Part shown: positions 23,095 to 34,055 of the stretch, in pieces
Layout: the number at the start of each line of letters is the position of its first letter
Position numbering within the stretch: position 1 is the first letter of the stretch
NCBI RefSeq assembly: GCF_006345805.1
Contig: NW_021832293.1
Coordinates: 1 to 35,506, forward strand
Reading direction: 5' to 3'
Length of the DNA stretch: 35,506 nucleotides
DNA from: Octopus sinensis
Taxonomy: Eukaryota
Made by a program: the position numbers and the translations under genes
Notes under the pieces: model-generated
Database searches by the model: none
What the model was told of the DNA's origin: nothing
Seen by the model: only the letters and a program-made list of their open reading frames with translations

Positions 23095-23340
23095 TTGTGG
23101 CATAGTGGTAAACGGTGTTGGATTCATGATCGTAAGGTTTTGGTTTCAATTCCTGAACCGGATATTCCGTTGCGTTCTTGAACAAAACTCCTCATTTCAT
23201 GTCGCTCCATTCCACTCAGCTGGTAGAAATGAGTAATCTTTTGATGGACTAGCGTCCCATCCAGTGAGAGAATATATTCGCCAAGGAAAAAGGGAAACCG
23301 CTCCTGTGAGTCTGGATGTATGACTCGGGAAGGAGCTTCA
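23095..23340 (+). mobile_element. Old tRNA-derived SINE with CORE-like centre and tail type 1
   Basis: gtggcatagtggtaa..gtttcaattcc; centre gctccattccactcagctggtagaaatgagt shared with 27728-28050; tail cgccaaggaaaagggaaaccg shared with 7238-7539. Confidence 0.7.
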
Positions 23341-23430
23341 TTTTATCCTTCCTTCAATATCTTTTCATTTATATTGGTGTATCTGTGCTCGTCTGTATTT
23401 CGATGTATTTGCATGTGTTTGAGTGTTTGT

Positions 23431-23473
<43 letters not shown>

Positions 23474-24839
23474 ATATATATATAATAATATGTGTGTGGT
23501 GTGTGTTGTGTTTTGTGTGTGTATTTGTATCTCTTTGCGTGTTTGTGGATATATATACATACATCCATATATATATATATATATATAATACACACATGCA
23601 TAATACATACATGATACACACACACACACACATATATAAAATACGCACAGATATCTATAAAGTCTAAGAGTCTGTGCTTTTAAGATTTACCACACGCTAA
23701 ACTACGAATATAAGAGAAGAAAAAAAAGTAAAAACGAAACGATAATACCTAAAAAGGGTCAGCATTTAATGCCAAGGTCTATAGATCACCTTTAAACCAT
23801 TCCGTCACATAAATTCTTCTATCCCAAGGTGAACATACAGCAGACATGGCAACATGTGTCTGATACACATGTACATATATATATGTATGTATATAGATAT
23901 ATACACAATCATACAATCATATATACATACATGCATACATATATATTATATTTACATCTTTTAGTATATTTATATATATGTATTATGCCTATCAATATAT
24001 ACGTGTCATACATTTATGTGTATATATATATATATGTGTGTGTGTGTGTATGTATCCTTAAGTCTATCTGTCTATCTTTCTCTCTCATTCTTTTATATCC
24101 TCTCTCTTTCCCTTTATATATACTTGTACACACACACATATATACAGTGAGAAGAGAGAGAGAGACTGACAGACAGACAAAGGACAGACATATATATGTA
24201 TATATATATATAATTATATATATATATAATATATTCACATATATACATATATTCACATATATACATATATATATATATTCACATATATACATATATATAT
24301 TCACATATATACATGTATATATATATATATATATATTCACACACACACACACACACACAAACACACGCACACACACACACAAACACACACACATACACAC
24401 AAACACACATGCTTATATATTAACAAATACCTAACCACACACACATTCATTCACATACACACAATAAACAACACCTCCAAATATACACTGAAAACTCAAA
24501 ACCCATTCTGTATCACATAAGAGCTGTTTTCAATGTCCTAATTTTTCTTTCAAGTTCATTCTCTTTAATATCTATGTATTTTCAACACGCACAAGGAACC
24601 GCTCCACACCAGTCCCCTTCCCATCCCTAGTGCTCCCTCTTATTATCTCCACCCCCCCCCACAACCGTCTACCCTGCTTCTTCTCCTTTTCAACTCTTAC
24701 AAATAAATTTTTATATCTTCGAGGTGATTATCAACGAATCCCTGATAAAATATCCATGATTTACTCATGTCACATGAAATATGGGATCTCATTGTTATTC
24801 GGAACAGGGAAAAGAATATGAAGAAGGGCTTCAAACCGC

Positions 24840-24882
24840 ATCTATATACCTACATATATACATATATGTGTATATATATATA

Positions 24883-24930
<48 letters not shown>

Positions 24931-24959
24931 CATATATGTGTGTATATTATATATATATA

Positions 24960-25000
<41 letters not shown>

Positions 25001-25239
25001 CTTATATATATATGTATATATATATATATATATGTATGTTGTCATTCTGTGGGTCTGTTTTGTATTCTTTATTTCTAATAATTTATTTGTTACTCTTTTC
25101 CAGAGCCGCAATCACGTGAGTGTGCGTAAAGCTGGTTTTTTGTGTGATTACGGAAGGAAATAAAGGGATATTTCACATGGCCTCGTCGTTCTTAATGGTG
25201 GTAGGAAAATGTACAGAATTGTGATATATATGTATATAG

Positions 25240-25316
<77 letters not shown>

Positions 25317-25959
25317 TTACATATATATATTTTTATATATATAAATATATTACATACATATATATACATATATCTATATATACATATATATTTATATATG
25401 TATATATATACATGTATGTATTGCATATATATAAACAAACACACATACACACAAATATGCAGATATATATACATACACGTATATATATATATACACATGT
25501 ATATAAAAATATATATATATATATATGCATATGTATATGTATATTTATATATGGGTGTATGTGTATGTTCATATATGTGTGCATATATATGTACGTCTGC
25601 ATGTGTGTGTATATATTTATATAAAGAGCGAGATAAGGGAGAGAGAGAGAGAGGGGAGTGAGAGAGAAATAGAGAGGGATGGGAAGAAAGGAAGTTAGTG
25701 AGGGTGAATTGGAGGTTGCTAAAAAGGATGAGATGAAGAAACAGATAAAATAAGGCAGGACAAAAAACGATTGAGAAATATCAAAAAAACTCTCTGGAAA
25801 AAGATAAAAGATTAATGAGAAAGAGTAATATAGAGATAGACACGCAAACACACACATATATAAATATTTACTTACATACTCGTACAAACGGACGCGTGCA
25901 CACACGTACACAGACTTAAGAATACGTTATATATATCATAGGGGTATATATCTACCTAC

Positions 25960-26029
<70 letters not shown>

Positions 26030-26147
26030 CTCTATCTATCTATCTATCTATCTATCTATATATCTATCTATCTATCTGTCTATCTGTCTATCTCTCTATC
26101 TATTTATCTATCTCTCTATCTGGTTGTCTGTCTGTCTGTCTGACTGT

Positions 26148-26180
<33 letters not shown>

Positions 26181-26208
26181 TTATGTATATATATTTTTAT
26201 ATATATAG

Positions 26209-26275
<67 letters not shown>

Positions 26276-26342
26276 CTGTAAATCTGACTGTGTCTACCTT
26301 TTTGTCTGCCTGTCTATCTTCTGTCTGTCTGTCTTACTGTCC

Positions 26343-26374
<32 letters not shown>

Positions 26375-26560
26375 GTCTGTCTATCTGTCTGTCTATCTGT
26401 CTGTCTGTCTGTCTGTCTCTCTCTGTCTTCTCTCTCTCTCTCTATCTTCTATCTATCTTAGAACTCTGCACTCATATAACATACTATAATATACATACAC
26501 ACACATTCACTCACACACAAACACACATATATATCAATAGATAAATAGATAGCTAGATAT
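24840..26560. repeat. Extended TA, GA, TCTA and TCTG microsatellite tracts
   Basis: Directly visible, with short unique islands such as 25040-25220. Confidence 0.85.
25104..25115 (+). other. Candidate 12-nt microexon
   Basis: Long U-rich tract ending tactcttttccag|AGCCGCAATCAC|GTGAGT; both splice signals strong and the length is frame-preserving. Confidence 0.35.
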
Positions 26561-26763
26561 AGATATAGATGGAGAGATACATTTATGCATACCACTCGGC
26601 CAAAAAATGGAAAGATATACGCCATACTTATTATATACCAACATTTGTGAAACAAAACAACGCAAAACTATATACAAAACAAACAAACAAACCAACAGTC
26701 AGAACATTACAGCAATATTTCATTCTTGTTACTTTCAATATATATATCATTTCCATAAGAAAT

Positions 26764-26764
<1 letters not shown>

Positions 26765-26809
<45 letters not shown>

Positions 26810-26822
26810 CATGACGACGACG

Positions 26823-26881
<59 letters not shown>

Positions 26882-26900
26882 CGTTGCTGCTGCTGCTACT
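26765..26900. repeat. (CTA/CGA/CCA/CTG)n array
   Basis: Directly visible; source of the poly-Thr, poly-Leu and poly-Ser ORFs. Confidence 0.95.
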
Positions 26901-27479
26901 CATGTGATTTGGCTTTAATTTATTATATCGCACTTAGCATATGGACTTCGGTTTTATTTTCGCTTTAAACAGTGTTTCAAGCGGTGGAGCACTTTACAGA
27001 ATAATTCTCCTATTTCAATGTCTGTGATGGTAGTATGTAGGTATATATCTGCGCCCATAGTCGCCTATAAATGTGTGTATGTTTGTGTGTATGTATGTCT
27101 GTGTGAGCGTTTTGATACGTGAATATATATGTGTGTGTATATTTGCGTGTATGCGTTTTGTATGTGTATGTGTAAATGGAGGTATTTAGGGGTGTACGAA
27201 TATATGTTTGCATATGCGAATGTGTGGAGATTTATCGAGTCACTTTCGTGCGTGTGTGTGTGTGTGTGTATGTTTAACCAATTTTAAAAGCCAATACGAC
27301 GCAAGTTATATGCATTGGAGAAGTCAATGATTTGCACTTTTAACTGGCATACGAAATACAAGTTAAACGTTCAAATCATCAGCTTGTGTTATGCTTTATA
27401 ATTTGCAATATTTTGCCTGAAACATAAGAAAAACTTTATGGATATCAGACAATACTTCATGAAAACTATAGTACTCTGC

Positions 27480-27600
27480 TATATATGCAAGAAATTTGCT
27501 TCTCAAGCACATGGTTCCGGGTTGATCCCATTGTATGGGAATTTTACTATAGATCTGAGCCGACCAAAGCAGATTTGGTAGACGGAAACCAAAAGCAGTC
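27480..27600 (+). mobile_element. Degenerate SINE head (family of 17481-17902)
   Basis: acatggttccgggttgatccca..ccgaccaaagc..atttggtagacggaaac. Confidence 0.7.
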
Positions 27601-27602
27601 CT

Positions 27603-27670
<68 letters not shown>

Positions 27671-27727
27671 CATGTAATATTATATCATATATTATGTTAT
27701 ATATACATCATATTATACGTTATATTG

Positions 27728-28050
27728 TGAAGACGCGTGGTTTAGTGGTTAGAGCATTCGACACTTGACTGTAAAGAGTGGGTTCAATTCCAGGCGACGC
27801 GTTGTGTCATTGGGCAAGACACTTTATTTCACGTTGCTCCAGTCCACTCAGCAGGCAAAAATGAGGTGTACCTGTATTTCAAAGGGCCAGCCGTGTCACA
27901 CTTTATGTCACGCTGAATCTCCCTGAGAACAAGTTAGGGATACACGTGTTTGTGGAGAGCTCAGCTACTTGCACGTTAATTTCACGAGCAGGCTGTTCCA
28001 TTGGTCTGATCAACTGGGACACTCGTCGTCGCAACCGACGGAGTGCTCCT
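27728..28050 (+). mobile_element. tRNA-derived SINE with CORE-like centre and a third tail type
   Basis: gcgtggtttagtggttagagcattcg..gggttcaattcc; ttgggcaagacactttatttcacgttgctccagtccactcagc. Confidence 0.75.
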
Positions 28051-28149
28051 ATCATGTTATATTCTATTTTTAATTTCGCGCACGCACATTGTCTGATTTT
28101 GATTTTGTCGACTACACAATATAGTAGGGTCAGTTGGGCACCGTCTATG

Positions 28150-28829
28150 TGAAAACCAGCATTATGACATAATTCACTCTGCCAGAACATTTCAGAACGT
28201 ATGGGTGTCAATCTGAGGACAGTGCATTCTGAGAACATATACCGAGAGTCATAAAAAACAAATATCCAGTCAACATCATAGTGTTTGGAGTGATCCCTAG
28301 TGATGGTAACCTTATGCCTTTATTCAACTTCCCAACCGGCCTAAGACTCAACACGGAGGTCTACATGAAGTTCATGAGGGAAGTGGTGCAGCCTTGGGTC
28401 AAAAGAATGGCTGCTAGAAGACTCTATGTTTTGCAACAGGACCCTGCACCTTGCCACACAAGGAGGAGAACCCAGTCATTGCTGTCGGAAAATTTCTGCG
28501 ACCACATCATCCCTAAAATGTGGCCACCTAACTCTTCAGACTGCAATTCCCCTGATTTTTATGTGTGGGGCGAGAGACCAACAAAATTCCTTGTAACGCC
28601 AAAGATGAACTGAAGGCAAGAATTATGGAAGCATTCACCAAGAAGGAAACCGTCCAGAGGAGTTGCAGGAGTTTCCGAAGTCGTCTGGAGGCCGTGGTCG
28701 AAGCCAATGGCGATTTTATTGAATAAATCTACTCTTTAGTATTTCAAGATATTTTTATGTAATTTTGGTAAATATAACTATTAAAACGAGATGTCAGTGT
28801 TTTGACGACAATTTATTCATCGCACCCTC
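28150..28829 (+). mobile_element. Defective Tc1/mariner DD37D (maT/Bmmar1-like) transposon
   Basis: Transposase remnant plus a 3' segment ending aatttattcatcgcaccct; no matching 5' TIR seen. Confidence 0.85.
28201..28726 (+). pseudogene. DD37D transposase pseudogene (internal deletion and frameshifts)
   Basis: MGVNLRTVH (HTH-like, from 28201) joins out of frame to IPRVIKNKYPVNIIVFGVIPSDG...QQDPAPCH...WPPNSSDCNSPDFYVWG, with 37 residues between the last two Asp. A further frameshift leads to ETNKIPCNAKDELKARI...RLEAVVEANGDFIE* (stop 28724-28726). Confidence 0.9.
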
Positions 28830-28846
28830 TGTCTGTCTGTGTGTGC

Positions 28847-28884
<38 letters not shown>

Positions 28885-29155
28885 ACGGGTCAAAAATAGA
28901 CGAACTGTGAGCAAACACAGAAGGTCACAAATTCCTCATCAGTTACCGGCTAAAGCGTTAAGTGCAATTTCATGCCAGTAGCGCTTGACGCCTTAGCTGT
29001 AACATATGGTAGAATTGTAAATAGGGAAAATATTAGCCATTTCTCCTCAGACTGAAAAAAACGATGAACAACTTTAATCGAATTTCGAGGCGTCCACAAC
29101 ATTTTGGCAATCCCCAGAGAAACAAGCAGCCTAACTCTTTATATACGCAATAAAT

Positions 29156-29461
29156 CACGTGATCACGTGACCGACCAGTCCATCAGATGTAGTTATACAT
29201 CGCTGGTCACAATGCGTTCGCATTGTTTTAGCCTTCGAATGACGCCACCCCACTGGCTAAGCGAGCAGGCCAACAGAAGAAAGAGTAGGAGAAAGAGTGG
29301 TGAAAGAGTACAGCAGGGATCACCCAACCCCTGCCGGAGCCTCGTGGAGCTTTTAGGTGTTTTCGCTCAATAAACACTCACAACGTCCGGTCTGGGAATC
29401 GAAACCGCGATCATACGACCACGAGTCCGATGCCCTAACCACTGGGCCATTGCACCTCCAC
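29156..29461 (-). mobile_element. tRNA-derived SINE, tail type 2
   Basis: Reverse copy of 18221-18522; perfect 15-bp TSD atatacgcaataaat at 29141-29155 and 29462-29476. Confidence 0.92.
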
Positions 29462-29677
29462 ATATACGCAATAAATACAGCAGATGATATATGGAGGAGT
29501 CCTTAAATTGCATACCGAAAGTGTTTAATACTCTGTAAATACCAGAGGCCTGTCAACGGTGATCTTAGTCCACACAGTATCAATGCATGGTATAATGTAT
29601 ACCTAACTTATGGTATAATTATAAACAGGGCAAATTTTAACCAATTCTCCGCAGACTAAGAAAACGATGAATAATCT

Positions 29678-29712
29678 TAATCGATTTTCGAACCTTATTG
29701 GGTTCTCATCAG
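29678..29712 (-). ncRNA. Hammerhead catalytic core without an obvious helix I
   Basis: Minus strand CTGATGA-GAACC-caataa-GGTTC-GAAA-ATCGAT-TA: perfect helix II and palindromic helix III, but the flanks (gcca / agat) do not pair. Confidence 0.55.
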
Positions 29713-30074
29713 TGGCGTCCATGACGTAGGGCGTCCCGGAAAAAAATTTTAAATCCTCCCCCCCCCCCGAAGTTGAGGTAGGCTGGATTGTAGCCACACT
29801 TCTATATATTTTGAGTATTGTTATCACTAGCGATATCAAGATATAACTTTGTATTTTGTATTTTATGTGTAGATGTATATATATATATAGATGTACATAT
29901 AATATGTACTCATATATATACACATATATACATGCACTAGCACTATGACCCGGCAACGACGGGTCCATAATGCTAGTATATATATATATTTATATATGTT
30001 TATATATACATGTATGTATGTACTTACGTATGTATGTATGAATTTAGATCCCAGGAAACCACTATCTTATATTC

Positions 30075-30120
<46 letters not shown>

Positions 30121-30604
30121 TATTATACCCTCTTACTACAATGAATTCGTGTATGTGTGAAGGTAGGTGCCTTTTTTACTGTTTTTGTCTCTCCTCCCCC
30201 ACCTCCCACACACGTACTGAATCGCATACGCACTCGCATTTAAAGGCTACTGGTTTATAGAAAATCTTCATTGTTATAGATTTATTCGAAAAAAATATAT
30301 TTTATTTATCTTCTACTTTGGCAGAATTTCAACAAAGTAATAACCAGACACCACAAAACATTGTCCTCAAATTTATTTACGAATACATGACCTCGCGACA
30401 AACATATAATTCGGTTGAGTCTGTTATATACACAGCCAAGCGTTCTCTCTTGTAGTAATCTAACGTAGAAAACATTCTTAGATGTTTCTGTGTGTGCGTT
30501 AATGTAATCTTGGATATGATATGCCATAAGGTAACACGAAGTAATCAAGGCCTGAAACGCTGGAATTAATATTTGTGTTCGGCACAGTATATTACGTCTT
30601 GCAA

Positions 30605-31171
30605 AGGCGGCGAGCTGGCAGAAACGTTAGCACGCCGGGCGAAATGCGTAGCCGTATTTCGTCTACTGTTACGTTCTGAGTTCAAATTCCGCCGAGGTCG
30701 ACTTTGCCTTTCATACTTTCGGGGTCGATAAATTAAGTACCAGTTACGCACTGGGGTCGATGTAATAGACTTAATCCCTTTGTCTGTCCTTGTTTTTTCC
30801 CTCTGTGTTTAGCCCCTTGTGGGTAGTAGAGAAACAGGTATTTCGTCTGTTGTTATGTTCTGAGTTCAAATTCCGCCGAGGTCGACTTTGCCTTTCATCT
30901 TTTCGGGGTCGATAAATTACGTACCATTTACGCACTGGGGTCCATGCAATCGACTTAATCCGTTTGTCTGTCCTTGTTTGTCCTCTTTGTGTTTAGCCCC
31001 TTGTGGGCAATAAAGAAATAAGAAACGTTAGCACACTGGACGAAATGCTTAGCGGTATTTCGTCTGATTTTTTGTTTTGAATTCAAATTCCGCCGATGTC
31101 AACTTTGCCTTTCATCTTTTCGGATGGCCCTTCCCCCAAAATTTCGGGCCTTGTGCCTAGAGTATAAACAA
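30605..31171 (+). mobile_element. tRNA-derived SINE trimer within one TSD
   Basis: Three copies of gtatttcgtct..gagttcaaattccgccgaggtcgactttgcctttcat; 16-bp TSD atattacgtcttg(c/t)aa at 30589-30604 and 31172-31187. Confidence 0.9.
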
Positions 31172-31700
31172 ATATTACGTCTTGTAAATTGGATCTCTCC
31201 TTGACGTTTACGTAAACCAAGTTTATGGACAAAATTGGTTATTGAAACTCCCTGCAAGATTAATTGTTTTCAAGAATAATTCTGGAATTGCTATGAAGCT
31301 ATATCAAGTTCAAACAAAATAATGTCATGAATGTCACACTGTTTTATAAAAATAAATTTCATTTATTAATCGAAAGCGATTGCTACAACTCAGCAACTGG
31401 CCAGGCGGGATTGTGTGGTTTCCGAAACTCGATTAGAAGCCACGTGATTTCGGGTCCTGTTCAAATGCGGATAACCTCGTCCTGGTGTCTTTTAAAATAG
31501 CCCCCCCCCGGCCGACCAATGATATCTCAGGGAAATTCATTGAAGAAAAATATGCGGAACCCCGTAAGATATATATATTTACATTAACCTGTTCCTTTAA
31601 TTTTATTATATCCTCTGCATGAAGAGTATAGTTCGATTAAATATTCGCTTTTTTAAAATTCCGAATCCTCAAACATCTCTTAAAATTTTAACAACTCTTT

Positions 31701-31799
31701 GAATCCCTTAACTCTGATGAGAAAACTATAGATAACTGCTATGGTTGGAGTTAGCTCGCCCATATCATCCTAAATCTTCTCGAAACGGCCGTAAGATTC
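31701..31799 (+). ncRNA. Type I hammerhead-like motif with long imperfect helix II
   Basis: gaatc..ct-CTGATGA (31714-31720)-gaaaactatagata...tcatcctaaatcttctc-GAAA (31782-31785)-CGGCCG-TA-agattc. Core intact; helices I and II imperfect. Confidence 0.5.
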
Positions 31800-32159
31800 T
31801 GTACCTATTTAGGATTCCTCTTGAATCATCTTATACTAACTTTATTATCTCCCTTCCTCATTGATTCTAATACAGACATTCGGACTCCGCAAGTACATCT
31901 ATGTATTTATATATATATATGTGTTTATATATTTATGAATTTTTATGTGTTTACAAATTTTTTTATATTTATGAATTTTTATGTATTTATAAATCTTCCT
32001 CTGTATATGTGTTTATAAATTCTTATAAATTGTTATCATATATCTCATATATGTGGACGCATCTATTTATATTGAATATTGTGGAGAATTTCGATAATTT
32101 GAAATGGATTGAATGAATATATATACCGACGTTTGCAATTTGTTTCTCTGCTTATTATA

Positions 32160-32202
<43 letters not shown>

Positions 32203-32215
32203 CATACATATAAGC

Positions 32216-32497
32216 GGGATGACCACTAAGTGGACATCCATTATGCTAGACGTCGACCTCCTATGGTCTTACCACTAAGAAAGGAATGTTCTCAAGAAAA
32301 TTTAGCAAACGCCACAACGTAAGCGAGCAAGACAAATGAAAAGATACAAAATATAGATTTTTTTTGTTTCTTTTCATTTGTCTTCCTCGCTTACGTTCTG
32401 GCGTTTGCTAAATATTCTTGAGAACATTCCTTTCTTAGCGGTAAAACCATAGCGGATCTACTTCCAGCATAATGGATGTCAGCCTGGGGGTCATCCC
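32216..32497. repeat. Fold-back palindrome, ~129-bp arms and ~24-bp spacer
   Basis: 32216-32344 and 32369-32497 are inverted copies (e.g. aagaaaggaatgttctcaagaa/ttcttgagaacattcctttctt); adjacent to (TA)n. Confidence 0.9.
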
Positions 32498-32629
32498 TCA
32501 TATATGTATGTAATATAATCTTGCTGAATCTTCAGATTTTTCTATATGCTAGGCCACTGGTTTTAAATTGATATTAATCAAATTAATATTAAATTTTTCA
32601 CCCTTATGATATATATATATATATATACG

Positions 32630-32780
32630 ACGTACCTCTTTCAGTTTCCGTCTACCAAATCCACTCACAAGTCTTTGGTCGGCCCGAGGCTATAGTAGAA
32701 GACACTTGCTCAAGCTGCCATGCAGTGGGACTGAACCCGGAACAATGTGATGGAGAAGCAAGCTTCTTACCACACAGCCA
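32630..32780 (-). mobile_element. SINE head half (family of 17481-17902)
   Basis: tttcagtttccgtctaccaaatccactcacaa..gggactgaacccggaac..ttaccacacagcca. Confidence 0.85.
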
Positions 32781-33025
32781 TAAATATATAAACACAAAAC
32801 AAAACAAAGAAAAGGGGTAATCATAGCATAGCTGAAAAATATCCTTGGTGGGATTGAAATGCTCAAAGCCGAGAGAGCACTATACAAGAGTAATAACAGT
32901 GGAGATGAAAGAACTGCGGCTGTAGAATGCCATTTTGTTCAAGATCCCACATCGGTATCGACCAGTACATAATCTAAACATATATCTCATGCCCAATTCT
33001 TTCTTTGGATTATATTCCATTGCAG

Positions 33026-33079
33026 GAGTTTATGAATAAATACGAGACTTCTTCTTCCCGTTCTTCTTTACGCGAAGAA
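33026..33079 (+). other. Candidate 54-nt symmetric exon
   Basis: tatattccattgcag|GAGTTT...GAAGAA|GTAGGA; phase-0 frame EFMNKYETSSSRSSLREE. Confidence 0.2.
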
Positions 33080-33139
33080 GTAGGATAATTTATTCTGTCT
33101 TCAATCAGTTAAATGCTGCCGTTAAATCAATCAATATCA

Positions 33140-33204
33140 TCAATTACGCATATGTGTGTGTGTGGGTGTGTATATATATATATACATATACACACACACA
33201 CACA

Positions 33205-33257
<53 letters not shown>

Positions 33258-33271
33258 CATATATATATATG

Positions 33272-33308
<37 letters not shown>

Positions 33309-33508
33309 ATATATATGCATATATATATGTGTATATATATGTATATATATATACGTATAGTTTAAACATATATGTGCATACATGTATAATTTATTTATGT
33401 GTGCATGCTTATGTGATACATATATTTACAACTTATACTTATAGGAAACATATAAAGTGTATATTTGTATGGTTGCATCTGTGTGTGTACGTACGTCCGT
33501 GTCATATG

Positions 33509-33542
<34 letters not shown>

Positions 33543-34055
33543 ACGTATGTACATACATGCATACGTATACACCGACGCACACACACAAAACGCCTGCACA
33601 TGTATAAAAGTATATACCTAAATGTATATATACATAAATATATATGTATGTATCTAAGTTTCTATCTATCTGTCTCTATATATATGCATATACGAATGTA
33701 TAAATATATTAAAGTAAACATTTATGATATATACATATATGTATATTTATGTATGTGTGTATAAATTCATACATACATACATAATCCATCCATACATACA
33801 CGCACACATACATGCATACATACGTACATGCATACGCACATACATACACATATACATACATACATATATACATACATACATACACACATATACATATACA
33901 CACATACACACATACGCACATACACACATACATACATTCATACATATATTCATACACACATACATATATACATACATACATACATACATATATACATACA
34001 TACATACATACATGCATACATAGAGACACATACATACATACATGCATGCATACAT
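33140..34055. repeat. CA/TA and (CATA)n compound tract
   Basis: Directly visible. Confidence 0.9.

Larger units (their letters stand above)
28880..29800 (-). mobile_element. Partially tandem PLE-like remnant interrupted by a SINE
   Basis: 29620-29720 is a diverged direct repeat of 29020-29100; hammerhead core at 29678-29712 and a lone CTGATGA at 28936-28942. Confidence 0.45.
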
